Below are positions 1 to 12,169 of a stretch of DNA of 37,123 nt, piece after piece. The position numbers and the translations under genes were made by a program. The DNA lies in NCBI GenBank assembly GCA_905331295.1, contig CAJNYD010000105.1, forward strand, positions 62,001 through 99,123, written 5' to 3'. Under the pieces are notes generated by a model. That model did not search any database and was not told where the DNA came from. It was given only the letters and a program-made list of their open reading frames with translations. The stretch comes from Rotaria socialis (taxonomy: Eukaryota). The first letter of the stretch is position 1. Every line of letters starts with the position of its first letter.

Positions 1-218
1 AAATATTATTTTACAGAGTTTCTACATAAACATTGAATCAATTTGAATTTTTATGAGAGATAATTAGCCCAAGATCAACTTTTTTTTTGTCATGATAAAT
101 AGAAAAAGAGAAGTTTTTTTGTGTGGTGTTTCCATTTACTTTTGTCATGCGAAGGCATAACTCAACACGAAAAGTACCAGATACCGTAGTGGGTTGTGTC
201 CAAGAGAGAAAGGAAGTT

Positions 219-431
219 TCAGAGAAAGTTTACAAAAGAAGGACATGTCACACCTTCGTTTGCAATAACTAAAATTCTACCATCGTGAAAAGAGAAATCA
301 TATAGAGAGTGTTTGTTTGAAGGCAAATGGTCTCCTGTCATGTATTCAAATAGGTTTTGAGCGACATCTATCAAATATTGATTCCATTGATACACTGTTT
401 CAAGCCATTCTGAATTACACCTTTGTCCCAT
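219..431 (-). CDS. Possible first exon of an unidentified gene divergent from TMX
   Basis: 70-codon ATG ORF with protein-like composition. No family recognised and no canonical splice continuation could be built. Confidence 0.25.
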   Translation of the reverse strand: MGQRCNSEWLETVYQWNQYLIDVAQNLFEYMTGDHLPSNKHSLYDFSFHDGRILVIANEGVTCPSFVNFL

Positions 432-534
432 TATAATTTATTCGTTTACTTTTTTTGTCATGTAATTCAGGTTTACCTTTATTGGACTCCTGTATTTTGT
501 TTACATCATTACTGTTTCATTTTAGAGTATTAAA

Positions 535-2026
535 ATGTTTGTCACTAAAGTATATCTATTCTCTCTCCTGATACTTATACTATCGAACCAAATTTCAAGT
601 GAACCAATATCTCTCACTGACAAAACATGGAAAGATATGTTATGCGGCCAATGGATGGTTGAATTGTAAAATAATATTCTATTATTTATTCTTCCATGTC
701 TTTTGCAATATTTTGTTTAGTTATGCACCGTGGTGTCCATCATGTCAATATTTTACATCCATATGGAATGATTTTGCCAAGGAGATGATTTCTAAAGAGA
801 TTAAAGTAGCTGCAGTCGATATTAATGATTATCCTTCATTATCTGGTCGCTTTCGCATTTCTGTCTTGCCGACAATCTATTAGTAAGTTAAATAAATGAC
901 TATTCTGTGTCTATCTCTGATACATATATTTTTCGGTGAATTTAATCCATGTGACAACATTCACACGCATCGATTAGTCTCGGTAGAAGTTTATAACAAG
1001 AGTTTTTTTTTTGCTACACTTGTGAATGATTAATAACTAGTATGCTACTGTGTTCATTGTTGTATCGGAATTATTCTTCAGTTCAATTTGATATGAGAGT
1101 TTTTAGAAAATTTCGAAATGATTTTCTGATAATTAGTAATTGAAAATTTTTCTTATGATACTCTAGTGTTCGCGATGGCGTTTTTCGTCAATTTAATGGT
1201 GAACGTACATTAAGTGGTTTAAAAAATTATATTGAACTTCAAGAATGGCAACGTACAGACCCAGTCTCATCATTTGCTGCCCCAAATAGTCTTCCGTATG
1301 TTTATCTGAATGATTCCAATTGATTTTCTATTTCTCACTTTTTTAAAAAGAATGTCAATAATCAGTTCAATTTTCGACGTCTCTGTACTAGTCAAGGTTT
1401 GTTAAATTCTCTCATATGATTCAATTATAAATTCATATCTTACTCTAGGACGCATATACAATTTTACAAGATACATATGGATGGCCTCCATGGCTCATCT
1501 ATATATTCTTTACTGTTGTTGTAATTTTCGTTGGACTTGTTCTTGGATTTGTATGTAGATTTTCGTTTCATCGATTTCTATATTCATCATCGTTTTATTT
1601 AAGGGTGTCTTAATGATAATTGATTATTGTGTAACTGGTACGGTTAAAGATGATATAAATAATCTAGCAGATGATGCAAAAGATGTTGAAGATTTGGTAT
1701 GCTTCGACAGTTATGCAAAAATATTAGATACAATTTTTCCTGTAAATTTTTAGGACGATAATGATTCACAAAAAATACTCAAACCTAAAACAGCGCCGAG
1801 TTCTGTTCCGAAGCTGATTGCTTCATCAACACCACAACGTAAAACAAAATCAAATATTTCATCGTCCGCTACGCAAATTCAGGATGATGAAGCACTGCTC
1901 GATGAAATTCTTGGAGATGATAATGATGATAGCGAAGGATTAAATACATCCGATATAGCACAAGCAACTGATGAAGATGAACAAACGCCAAATGTAGTCA
2001 TACGCCAACGACGTATAAATAAATGA
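535..2026 (+). CDS. TMX1: Thioredoxin-related transmembrane protein, TMX1/TMX4 family (7 coding exons, 311 aa)
   Basis: Exons 535-665, 721-882, 1167-1295, 1351-1396, 1449-1550, 1604-1696 and 1754-2026, all GT-AG, total 936 nt in frame. The protein has a signal peptide, WMVEFYAPWCPSC, LSGRFRISVLPTIYYVRDGVFRQF, one TM helix, an acidic tail and C-terminal IRQRRINK (RQR ER-retention type). Probable 5' UTR intron at 471-525. TMX1 versus TMX4 cannot be resolved. Confidence 0.93.
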
Positions 2027-5000
2027 ACAACTTTCTCTCTCTCTCTCTCGGTCCGTCTCAGAAATAATACTTCTGTGATAATATTGAAAAGGAAGCTAAT
2101 ATGAAATGAGCGCTCTTTTTTTTCTATCATTTTCTTTGTCTATAATATAAATGTTATAAACAATTCATTTTCTATGAACTGAACAAATAATTTAATGTTT
2201 TTTCCTCTGTATATCAAAATATCGACCTTAATTGTGTATTTGTTCTACGGTGAATTGTAGCTTTTTTTTTCATGTATAGAAAAACATTAAAAATGAAAAA
2301 CCTTTATGATTAGATGAAACATAGAGAATTATTAAATACATACAATCGCTTTATGTGTTTCTGAATGTATAACTTCATGATATAAAAAAAAGGTCATATA
2401 TTTAAGTGCAATTTTTTAGTGAATGTCATCGATATCAGAATCAAGGTTTATTTATTTGTCATGAAGTTTAATTATCGAAAACTGAATCAATGTCATAAAA
2501 TACTAGTTTTAACATCTTCGAAGATAAATTAGAACCATCGCGTATAATTAATTGCAGCTTCTTGTAAAATATTTTATAAGCGATAGCTCGATGCTTAAGT
2601 AAACAAACTTTCATTTTGCCATTAATTGGCACCATCTTGTCAATAACATTTTTAGCTATGCTGAAAAGATAATATTAGGATCATTGGTTGGAATATATGG
2701 ACACAAATTAGAAAGTCTTATTCAAAGAACTGAAGATTTTATCATTTTTTAATCAAAATACATATAACATCTTTAACTACTTGACATTCATAGGATGTCT
2801 TGGACGTATGGATCATTGAAGCTATTTTTGATTGTATAATCGTTATTTAGAATGTATTGTTTATGTTCTCATCGTCAAAGAATCAGACAGCATTTTAGTT
2901 CATTGATAACAATCAAATAGAGAGCAAACACATGACTCAACATTTAAATACGATGGTAGATATGAATGTATATAATCTTTCAGAATAGTTTGAATGGATG
3001 CAATTTAAGCATTAGAATGATTTCGAAATCAGTTTTTGATAGAAAATAAGTTTTCAGTCGATATGAGAGTAACAGTAAAGTCTACTGTAAATTCATCGAC
3101 TCAAAAGGTAAATAAAACTATTTTCAACGATCAGACTAACTGTAGATGGCAATCAATCTATCAATTCATTCTTCGCATCTATAAACTATTAGCTCATAAG
3201 ATGTTTCTTTTTCTGGCAGTTTCTTCTGAGAAAATTCGAAACATGAGTCTCAAGGGAGGAATAGTTGCTCCCGATAACCCTACCATTACTTAAAAATACT
3301 TTGCACCGAGTTTCGACAGTGCTATTAACTATTAAATCACATATCTATGTTTATATTACTTTAAACAATGTTGTTATGCAGAAACTATTTCGAAAATGTG
3401 TGTTCGACCATGAATCTGTAGCTGGCTCCTATGACGTCAACAGATAAAGTTAAATTCACTTTTTTTTATTTGAAAGCATGTACAGAATAGTATTGACTTT
3501 CAAGGTCATATGAAAAGAAAAGTATACATTAGACCCTCGTCAAACATGGAATTTCAAAATTCAGCAACGTGCAAAAACAAATTTTCGAGGCTATTAAGCA
3601 TCTTCTCTCAAGACTGTGAAAATGAAATGATTCTTCTATGGACTCGTCATGTGGTACATATCTTGATCTTGCTGTCGATTAAATGTTAAACGGTAAAATT
3701 ATAATACGTAATCATGTCAGCGTAGTTTTAATGATTCATACAGGCAAAAGGAATAATAATAAAAACTTGGTAAACGATGGTTTTATGTAAAAATTTCCCT
3801 GGGTAAAATTCTATTCAAAAGATATATATCTTTTGAATTGTATGTTTAAGATTAAGAGAATATTGGTTTCGGGAACATATTGACTACAATGTTTTTTATT
3901 ACTTTGATGTTGATAATTATAAAAATCAAATGAACGAAAGCTACATTGTTTTTTCTTCTTCTTAAACGAGCTATCCTACAAACAAATTGAATATTTCGAT
4001 TGACTTTTTTTTCTCGCATTTATCATAAAGAAAAGAAATGAACATATTCCCTTGAGCATTTCATGTTGTTGTTATTTCGTACAATGTCGGTCGATGAACA
4101 AGATGTTTTGTTGCTCCTCCTGCATGTTGTCTTTTATCGTTTGAATTGTATGCTTCAAGCGCCGTTCATTTAATAGACAATATATGCATGAGATATGTCG
4201 CTTCTTAGCATTTCTTTTTCTATTCTTCTATTGTTTGCTCATCAACTCATCGTTTAATCGTTTTTGATTTTTTTTGTTGTTGCTAGCGACAAATCATCAT
4301 CATTATTATTATCATCATCATCATCATCAGTTTATCAAGAAAGAAAGAACATATAGAAGAAGTAGAAAGGGATGGCTCAAACGTACCTTTACAACACACG
4401 CTCATAGCCTTAAGATACAAAAAAAATAGAAAAATAAGATCTATTCACTTTGATGTTTGAATGTCGTCTTTTCTTTTGACAATAGATATCGAGCAAGTGT
4501 ATGATGTCTTTTGAATGAATGAGTGATTGATTATTGTAATGTCGTTTTCTTTTACTCTACTCAATTAGATAATGTTAGAAATTTGATGCTTTTTGCTAAT
4601 GGACTTGAACTATATGGTCGTTTGACGGAACGATTAACGGAATGTATAATTCACACAATCGATCACCAGCATAGAGAGAACAAGTCAGGTGCAATTGATT
4701 TAAATTATCGTCCGAGAGAAGGGATAAGTGAAAAGCTAACATTTCCGGTAACTCACTTATCCCAATCCAAAGAATGTTGATACTTCACCAAGATCAACAT
4801 CGATGAAGAGCGTTCTTAGTTTGAACGACGTTGCAGGTGAAAACTGAGATCATATTTCTAAGTCGTTGCTGTGTTTTTTCTTCTTCGAAAAAATTTGTTA
4901 TCTCTCCATTGCCTTTCGCTTATTTGTTCAAGAAGCGTCTAGTCGTTCATTTCGTTTTTACTCTCTTTCAACTTGTCTTCTTCTTTGTATTCGCTCATTA

Positions 5001-5937
5001 ATCAACATTTTAAAGCGCTTTCGCATTTTAGATTGAGAGAAAGAGAAAAAGGTAGGCAGGCGGTAGTTTCAAGGGCTAACGAAAGAGATCGATGCTTTAG
5101 ATACACGTTCATATACATAAAATGATGAGTGATGTCCCATCAGTAGTAAGAGGGAAAGAGTTCGTTGAATTTGACAAGAAGGATCACTTGTGTATGTATG
5201 TATGCAGTACGAGAACGTCTGACCGATCATTTTCACACATCTTTCGATGCGACGATAAGTAAATTTTGACATTTTTGTGTCGCGATCTAAACGTATATAT
5301 ACATATCGAGGTGTATATAGAGTAGAACAGTAAGACCGACAACAATTTGTAATTTGATTCATTCCCATGTTTGATGATATACCGTTCGATGTACTTCGAA
5401 CTGGAGAGTCACATTTCTACATTTCGATAATTATCATGTATTTAATCACTAATATATATCTATATGTATATATATACGTCTGGTTTCTTGTTTTCTCCTG
5501 CAAGAATCTAATTCAATGTTACAGCATATACATTATCATTTGCTAGTAAAAAAAGAAAAGAAAAAGCACTTGTAATTATGTATATCTACTTAATGATATC
5601 ATTTTTGACAATAAGATGATGAACAGAAGTGCCGTGATGTAAGAAACTAATTTCTTTTTCTGCTGCTTCTTTCTCAAACGATAAGTGTGAAAAGTACTCA
5701 ATGTTTACACCATAGAAATGAACTTGCTTCTGTTTATCGGCTCATATCCGAAATGGAAATGACGATCGATGATACACTGGCCAATTAGCAGTATAAACTA
5801 GTGAGAGACAGACATTTTTTCCCATTATCGATCATCGATGCGCTCTATTGATATTGCTGATGTTGCTATACATTCCATCTCGTCAACTGATAGACAGGCG
5901 AGCGAGAAAGGCGTGTCCGTCGATTAACTACAATTAA

Positions 5938-7070
5938 CACGAGTACTATTCGTTGTGGTAGCAACAGCGAAAAAAAAGGAGAAGAAGAAGATGAGGATCA
6001 TCGATAGTATGTGCGTGTTGGGATGGTTCACCTACCAACACCATACATGCATACACACATAGATAAGTAACAATCACCATACATATTTCAATGTGATGCG
6101 ATGATGATCGCGCGTGCGTTTGCATACCAAACAAGTTGACTTTGCTCGTGCACGCACGTGCACATCCATCAGTCTCACTTTCACTCTTACTCATGAGTAA
6201 CAAACATACATTCCTTATCCATACATACTCTCTGTCTACAAGAATAGATAAGTAATATATATAATTTGCAGATGATGACAATAATAACAAAAAAGAAAAA
6301 GAAAAAGAAAACTACTTAATTCTAAACAGATGAAAAAATAATAATCTTATACATCATATTTTCTTTTTTCCTATCAGACAGAGGGAGGAAAGAAAACCTG
6401 CAAAAATTTGATATGCAAAATTCTCTTTTATTGATATCACTAACGGATAATGTTCAGTCCATTCACACATCTAAGTAGTGGGCGTCTCTACAATTCCACT
6501 TGACACGTCAATCTTAAGATCAAATAGTGATCGCTACCGTTATGATGGGGTGATGAACACTATACGTGATTCTTTTTTTGTTTTCATGCTTCACCGAAAT
6601 AAAGTAAAGATGATGAGATCACCTGCTTTTTTAAATGAATTCTATACTTTTTCTATTCCCTTAAGATATGAAATCAAAAAAAGAACAAAGATGAATATAC
6701 ATATATATATTGTACAGTAAGGCATTATCATGACTGCGGTAGAATTGATAGAACAAGACTATACAATTTCAATTTCTTCTGATGATTTGCCAAAGGGCAT
6801 ATATATCATGCCATATTATTCAAGTAGGATATCATAAGAAGTCCAAAGAATTCATCGATTGGATGAATAGACGCTATGCTAAATGATTCTTCTTCTTTCT
6901 TTTTTTTTCTCACTTGAATATATTTATTTGGCCAACAGCACGAGTCGTCCATCTTAATCATTCGTTCGTTTCATTCCTACTCTGACCAACCATTCTACAT
7001 CATACACACGATCTCGCGTGTGTGTGCCGAGACACACACGAGAGAGAGAGAGAGAGAAAGAGAACACGAG
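5938..7070 (+). promoter_or_regulatory. Cluster of Hes-type binding sites (N-box, class C, class B) upstream of Hes
   Basis: CACGAG at 5938, 6145 (reverse), 6939, 7037 and 7065; CACGCG (reverse) at 6111 and 7015; CACGTG at 6155. One CSL/Su(H)-type GTGAGAA (reverse) at 6907-6913. Confidence 0.55.
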
Positions 7071-7241
7071 AGCTAACAAAAAAAAATATCGAAGAAAGAG
7101 AAAAAACGAGAATAATTATAGTACAATTGCCAAGACGACGAATCAGAATACATACTTATATACATAGACACACGAAGTATATATCACTTCTCAAAAATAT
7201 TAGATCCCGTTCACGCATACACTACTACTCATATTAATAGA

Positions 7242-8166
7242 ATGCCTAGTGATCGTTTCGCACCTTATCCATTACCATCTCATATTAGCCACAATGATTA
7301 TCGAAAGGTAAACCTATCAAATGAATAATTAATCGATTTGAAAACAATACATATGTTGTTGGTTGCTTTTTTTAGAATGCAAAACCAATCATGGAAAAAC
7401 GAAGACGTGAAAGAATTAATCGAAGTTTAGAAGAATTGAAAAATCTTATTCTTGATAATGCAACAACAAATGTAAGTTAGCTAAACAAAAAAATTTTTTT
7501 TTTCGTGTTTAGATTTTTAAATTATCTATATTTTAGAATGTACGTAGTCATAAATTAGAAAAAGCTGATATTCTCGAAATGACTGTGAAACATCTACGAA
7601 CTGTTTACAAACAGAAATTAGCTTGTAAGAAGAAGAAGAAAAAAATAACATCTAACAAGATAATAATTTCATATTTTCTTATTCTAGCTGCTGCTGCTGT
7701 TGATCCAACAATAGCATCAAAATATCGTGCTGGTTATGGTGAATGTGCTAATGAAATAATACGTTTTTTAACTACAACACCAAATGCTGATTTAGAATTA
7801 AAAACAAAACTTATAACACATTTGTCAACTCGTATACAAAATCTTTCGTCATTATCTATTCTACCACCGATGCAACCATCATTATCACAAATAAATTCAG
7901 CAGCTGGTTTATTAACAAAAACCGATCGTTATTCAGTTAATTCATCGACTAATAATCAGTACATTTTTATTTTACCTCAACAACAGCAAAAACTTCAAAA
8001 TTCATCTACAACATTCGATGATGATGCTGATTGTAGTTCAACATCATCGAATAATTTAAGTGATTGCGAATCAATGAAATCATCCGAAGCAATAACAACA
8101 ACACCAACAGACAGTGTAACAAGTACAATGACCGAGTCACCATCTAAAGTATGGCGACCTTGGTGA
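7242..8166 (+). CDS. HES: Hairy/Enhancer-of-split bHLH-Orange transcriptional repressor (4 exons, 242 aa)
   Basis: Exons 7242-7307, 7376-7471, 7537-7624 and 7688-8166 (729 nt). Proline-containing basic region RKNAKPIMEKRRRERINRSLEELK, then KLEKADILEMTVKHL, Orange domain YRAGYGECANEIIRFL and terminal WRPW. Confidence 0.97.
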
Positions 8167-10200
8167 CCTATAAAACGTTTAATTCTTGTTTCTGTTTTTT
8201 TTGTTTGGTTTTTCTTCGTATTGTTATTTTGTGTACATTTTAAAAAAATGTGTTTGTATTCAATGTTAATCCGTATATATTCAGCAGTTTATTAAGAGGT
8301 GATGAGATGCGAAAGCTAATTTGAAAAAAAAAGTTTACACCTATATATGTATCCATGTGCATGTGTACAGAATGGTTATATATCTATTGCTCATGATCTT
8401 TTATGATATATACGCATATATGCGATGAGTGTATTATAATTCTTGTGTATACATAGACAAGGTGGAGAAACAAGTGTTGAGATGCGCTTATACTAACGCG
8501 GTTTCAAATCATATGAACACTTGAATATGACATAGAGATGCATTAGTTCTTTACTGTCTCAATTAACTTTACGTTTTTTCTTTTCGTTTCTATAATATTG
8601 ACAACGACAAGTGTAGAACAATCAATCTTCGATATTGTCGATAATGAGAACAGGCAAAATTTAAGTTAAAAACAAAGTAGAGTAATGAAAAAAAGGACAG
8701 TAAGTTTTGAGATATATTAATAATGACTTAGATGAATAATGACTTCGAAATAAGACATTTGTATATGTTTAGTAGATAAAGATTGAAAAAAAGCACTGAA
8801 CAATAACAATGAGTAAAAGATGAATTGTATTGTTTTACACAAGAGATAGCCTTTCGATTATCTTACAATTGTTTTAAAAATGAATATTTAAACAGGAATA
8901 TTATTGCATTGAGTAGAAATAGATGTTATTTTTCAAACAGAAATACAATATATATAATTGTTATTCTGTTTTTTTCGATCGACCAATAATTGAATTTCTT
9001 CAGATATTTCTAAAGTTTATCGAACAGTTTGATAAGAATGATAGAAAAATTTGCTGAGCATTAGTTTCACTAATGAAAGGATTGTAAAGTGGAGGTTCTT
9101 TTGAAAATTCATACAAATATTTTAATATTTGCTGTTCAAAGTAAAAAAAGGTCCTTATTGACTACGACATAGCGTGTGCGTAAAACATATAGATCAAACA
9201 ATGCTGTATATAAAATGACTCTTCCCTTAATAGTCTGTTGCAACAAAACGATGGCTATCAGGGATGACAAAAAGAAAATTGGAATCATTTGCTTTCTACG
9301 GAGGCCAATTATTGATGCTATTTGTTAATGAGACAATCTACATGGCAGAGAGTAATAATCAAAGGAATTATTTTTAATCTTCAAGAGTTTAGAATGTAAT
9401 GCTTTATTTTAGTTTAATTGATAATAAAGATAGACCAATTTTTTTTCTCTCGGATGACTACTATAACTCGTCTATCCATTTAATTACATCTATTTTCAGA
9501 TATATGATGCAACGGACTGTGTATTTAAATATCTATTTTGTACTTTATTTTCATAATTATAATACATAAAAATTGTTTTTCTAAATGTTATTTTGTAAAA
9601 ATTTGATATATTTTATACCATGACAGAAATGAAAGGAAATAATACATGATTAGTTTGACTTAAGTTATCCAACTTATAAGTACCGATCAAAAAAACATTG
9701 TGTAGTGAAAGCTACAGCTTGTTTTGTTTTTATTGTGAAATTGTTCTTTGTCGAATCTCGTTATAACTCGATTTACCTTGAAGAAAAAGATTTGAATAAA
9801 TACTATTGTGAAGACTTTATTGTGAATGACCGCGCACTTTTATGTTGCTATCAGTTTGCCCTGCCTAAGTGCAAATGCTTACATACGAATTGTGAGTCAA
9901 ATTTGTGCTATGATCCAAAAAACTGCATTCAATCCATATAATTAATAGAACAAAAATAGCTAATGAAACGTAGCTATTGAAGAACTTTTGAAAAGTTTAT
10001 TGCACTATACAGTCTGGTGCATAATTATAAGGCCACTTGTTTTCGAATTAAACTAAATAAAATGAGCGATATTTTTAGTGATTTCACATAGGCGAGTCAT
10101 AAGAATAGCGACATAACATTTTCAAGCGGGTTTTTTTTATCTTCTTATATATATATATATATAGAATTGCCTCCGCATTTGCGGTGCATAAATATAGGAC

Positions 10201-10799
10201 CCCGTGTCGTATAGGACGGTCCGTAAACGGTCCTAAACGACTAAAAACGGCGGCCTTTCAGGTGACAGTTTCCGTGTTGTCTGAAACGACTACCATCTAA
10301 GGCAAACTTTTTTTTATCGTTTTACATCTCTTTTATTTGGAGATATAAATTTTATTTAGTTGTATTTTTATTGTATTTTATTCATTTTCTTTTATTTCTT
10401 TTTATTTTCGTTTATTGTATTTTATTTTTTATTTATTTATTTTATTTAAATTTTTTCCCAATGCTTTTTTGTTTTATTTCATGTTATTTTGTGTTGACTT
10501 TTCTTTTGAAAATAAATATATAATAATATTATTAAATTAAATGTTTAAAAAGTATAAATGACCAGCGTAACTCTCACGTAAAATGACGAGAGCACGTCAG
10601 AATGGAGGAAAATAGGGTGCTTTTATTACTTGCACTTTTTGGTCGGAAACGGCCTTGAACAATATCGTTAACGGTCCGTAATCTGGGCTGACGGAAAACT
10701 GCTATAAATGGCGGCCATTTTTCGTCGTTTAGGACATTATTTGCACCGTTTCAGGCAGTTCAATGCCATCCTTCAGACGGTCTGAATGATGGACCTGGG
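10201..10799. mobile_element. Non-autonomous CCC...GGG element (CMC/EnSpm-like MITE) nested in the Tc3 left arm
   Basis: Termini CCCGTGTC...GACCTGGG. Subterminal inverted repeats CCTAAACGACTAAAAACGGCGGCC and (reverse complement) CCTAAACGACGAAAAATGGCCGCC. T-rich core and imperfect 2-bp TSD (AC/AT). Removing it restores the Tc3 inner repeat. Confidence 0.75.
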
Positions 10800-10894
10800 A
10801 TCACACGATAGGTTAATAATATTAAGCGAGCGAATCATCAGTGGCTTTGAATAAAAATTAACAAACAGAATAACACTCATATCTAAACTATAGC

Positions 10895-12169
10895 GTGCCC
10901 AGAGTCATACAATCAGTAGAGAGCGAAACAAGGTCGATTTTAGGATTACACAAGAAAAATATATCTCATTGAGAAATTGCCAGGAAAAATTAATCGATTG
11001 AAGAGAGTGGTAACAAATTTTTTAAAGGGTCCACTTGAATATTGCTTGAGAAAAAGGAACTGACCAAAGAAAAAAAGTCAATGAACGTACTGAACGCCCT
11101 GTTATTAGAACTGCTAGTAACAAATCAATATCTTGTGCCAATGTTATTAACGATTTATGCTTAAAAATGTCACGATGGGCAGTCAATCGAGTTATAAAAA
11201 GGTCAAGCATCTTGAAAAAGATGAAAAAAAGCACTCTCCTACTTTAACAATAGCTCACAAAGATTTACGATTAACCTGAACTAAAGCTCATACGATCTGG
11301 AACAATTAATGGCACAAAGTTGTTTGGTCTGAAGAAAAAAAAATTAATTTAGATGGTTCTGATGGCTTTTCTTACTATTGGCATGATCTCCGTAAAAAAG
11401 AAGAGATTTTTTTCAACTCGTACGCAAGATGGTGATAGCGTTATGATTTGGCCCAGGTTGAAGCAACCGGCCTGGGAAACGGCCGGTTCCCGCGATTTCA
11501 CGGAAGCAGTATTGTGGATCGGGAAATCTACGGATTTTTCCTGTAAATTCCGCCAAGTTCCTGTTGGTTCCGGCCGAAAATCATCGGGAAAATCCGTCCC
11601 GGAATCCTGCTTCCAGGGTCCGATGATATCCGGCGTTTTCCTGCACGTTCCGGTGCGTTTCCAGTATGTTTCTGGCCGGTTCCAATGAAATTCGCTCATT
11701 TCCGGAGGCCGGAAACATCGTCCTGGGGGGCGTCGTTTGGTTGGGGTGGTAAAAGTTCAATGTTTTGTAGACGGACGGATAAGCTCAAAAGGATATCGAG
11801 AGGCGCTAAAAAAGCATCTGATTGATATCAGTAGTTGTATTGGTGGGTCTGATTGGATCTTTCAGTAAGACAATGCACCTATCCATAGAGCGAAGGTCAA
11901 TCTCACTTGACTTAAGTCACAGAAAAGCAATGTTTTACCTTGGCCATCGTTGCCACCTGGATTTAAATCCAATTGAAAATCTTTGAGGAACACTAGCAAG
12001 GAAGGTCTATACCGAAGGTAAACAATTTAGAACAAAAGAACAGTGAAAAACTACCATAATGAAATATTGGGAAGAAATCAACATCGAACAACTCCGGGCT
12101 CTGATCGAATCGATACCTAAAAGAATATTTGAAGTTATTAAACTAAATGGAGCCAAGACAAAATATTGA
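10895..12169 (+). pseudogene. Tc3-like transposase pseudogene
   Basis: Remnants include (V)PRV...EIARKINR, VIRTASN, WHKVVWSEEKK.NLDGSDGFSYYWHDLRK, SVMIW, WIFQ*DNAPIH, WPSLPP/DLNPIENL and terminal GAKTKY*. There are 34 residues between D and E after one frameshift correction. Multiple stops and frameshifts, and a MITE interruption. Confidence 0.93.
11452..11727. mobile_element. GC-rich CCCAGG...CCTGGG MITE (CMC/EnSpm-like) nested in the transposase
   Basis: TIRs CCCAGGTTGAAGCAACCGGCC and (reverse complement) CCCAGGACGATGTTTCCGGCC, GG TSD and many internal CCGG motifs. Excision with one GG restores the reading VMIW-ASFGWGGKS. Confidence 0.88.

Noticed and set aside
471..535. Acceptors just before the TMX and Kv3 start codons as trans-splice sites
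   Set aside because: Plausible cis donors exist at 471 and 32824.
1879..2130. Antisense ORFs over TMX, the GPCR (19927-20163) and Kv3 (34378-34596)
   Set aside because: Shadow frames of real exons.
2469..2940. Minus-strand open stretch (IAKNVIDKMVPING...) after an apparent acceptor near 2662
   Set aside because: No stop-free upstream exon could be joined and no family was recognised. At most a relic.
5801..5825. GTGAGAG...TTCCCAT as a CSL paired site
   Set aside because: The spacer is 11 bp, not the 15-17 bp required.
4523..7237. Short ORFs upstream of Hes
   Set aside because: Low complexity or microsatellite-driven, with no domain and no consistent splice structure. Better explained as regulatory DNA.
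11349..11699. Overlapping ORFs 11349-11699 (-) and 11353-11688 (+)
   Set aside because: They are by-products of the GC-rich, stop-poor nested MITE and off-frame transposase sequence.
10895..12169. Stops arising from apparent C>T/G>A changes as a methylation or RIP-like signature
   Set aside because: Stop codons are biased toward such changes by ascertainment. A family consensus would be needed to test this.
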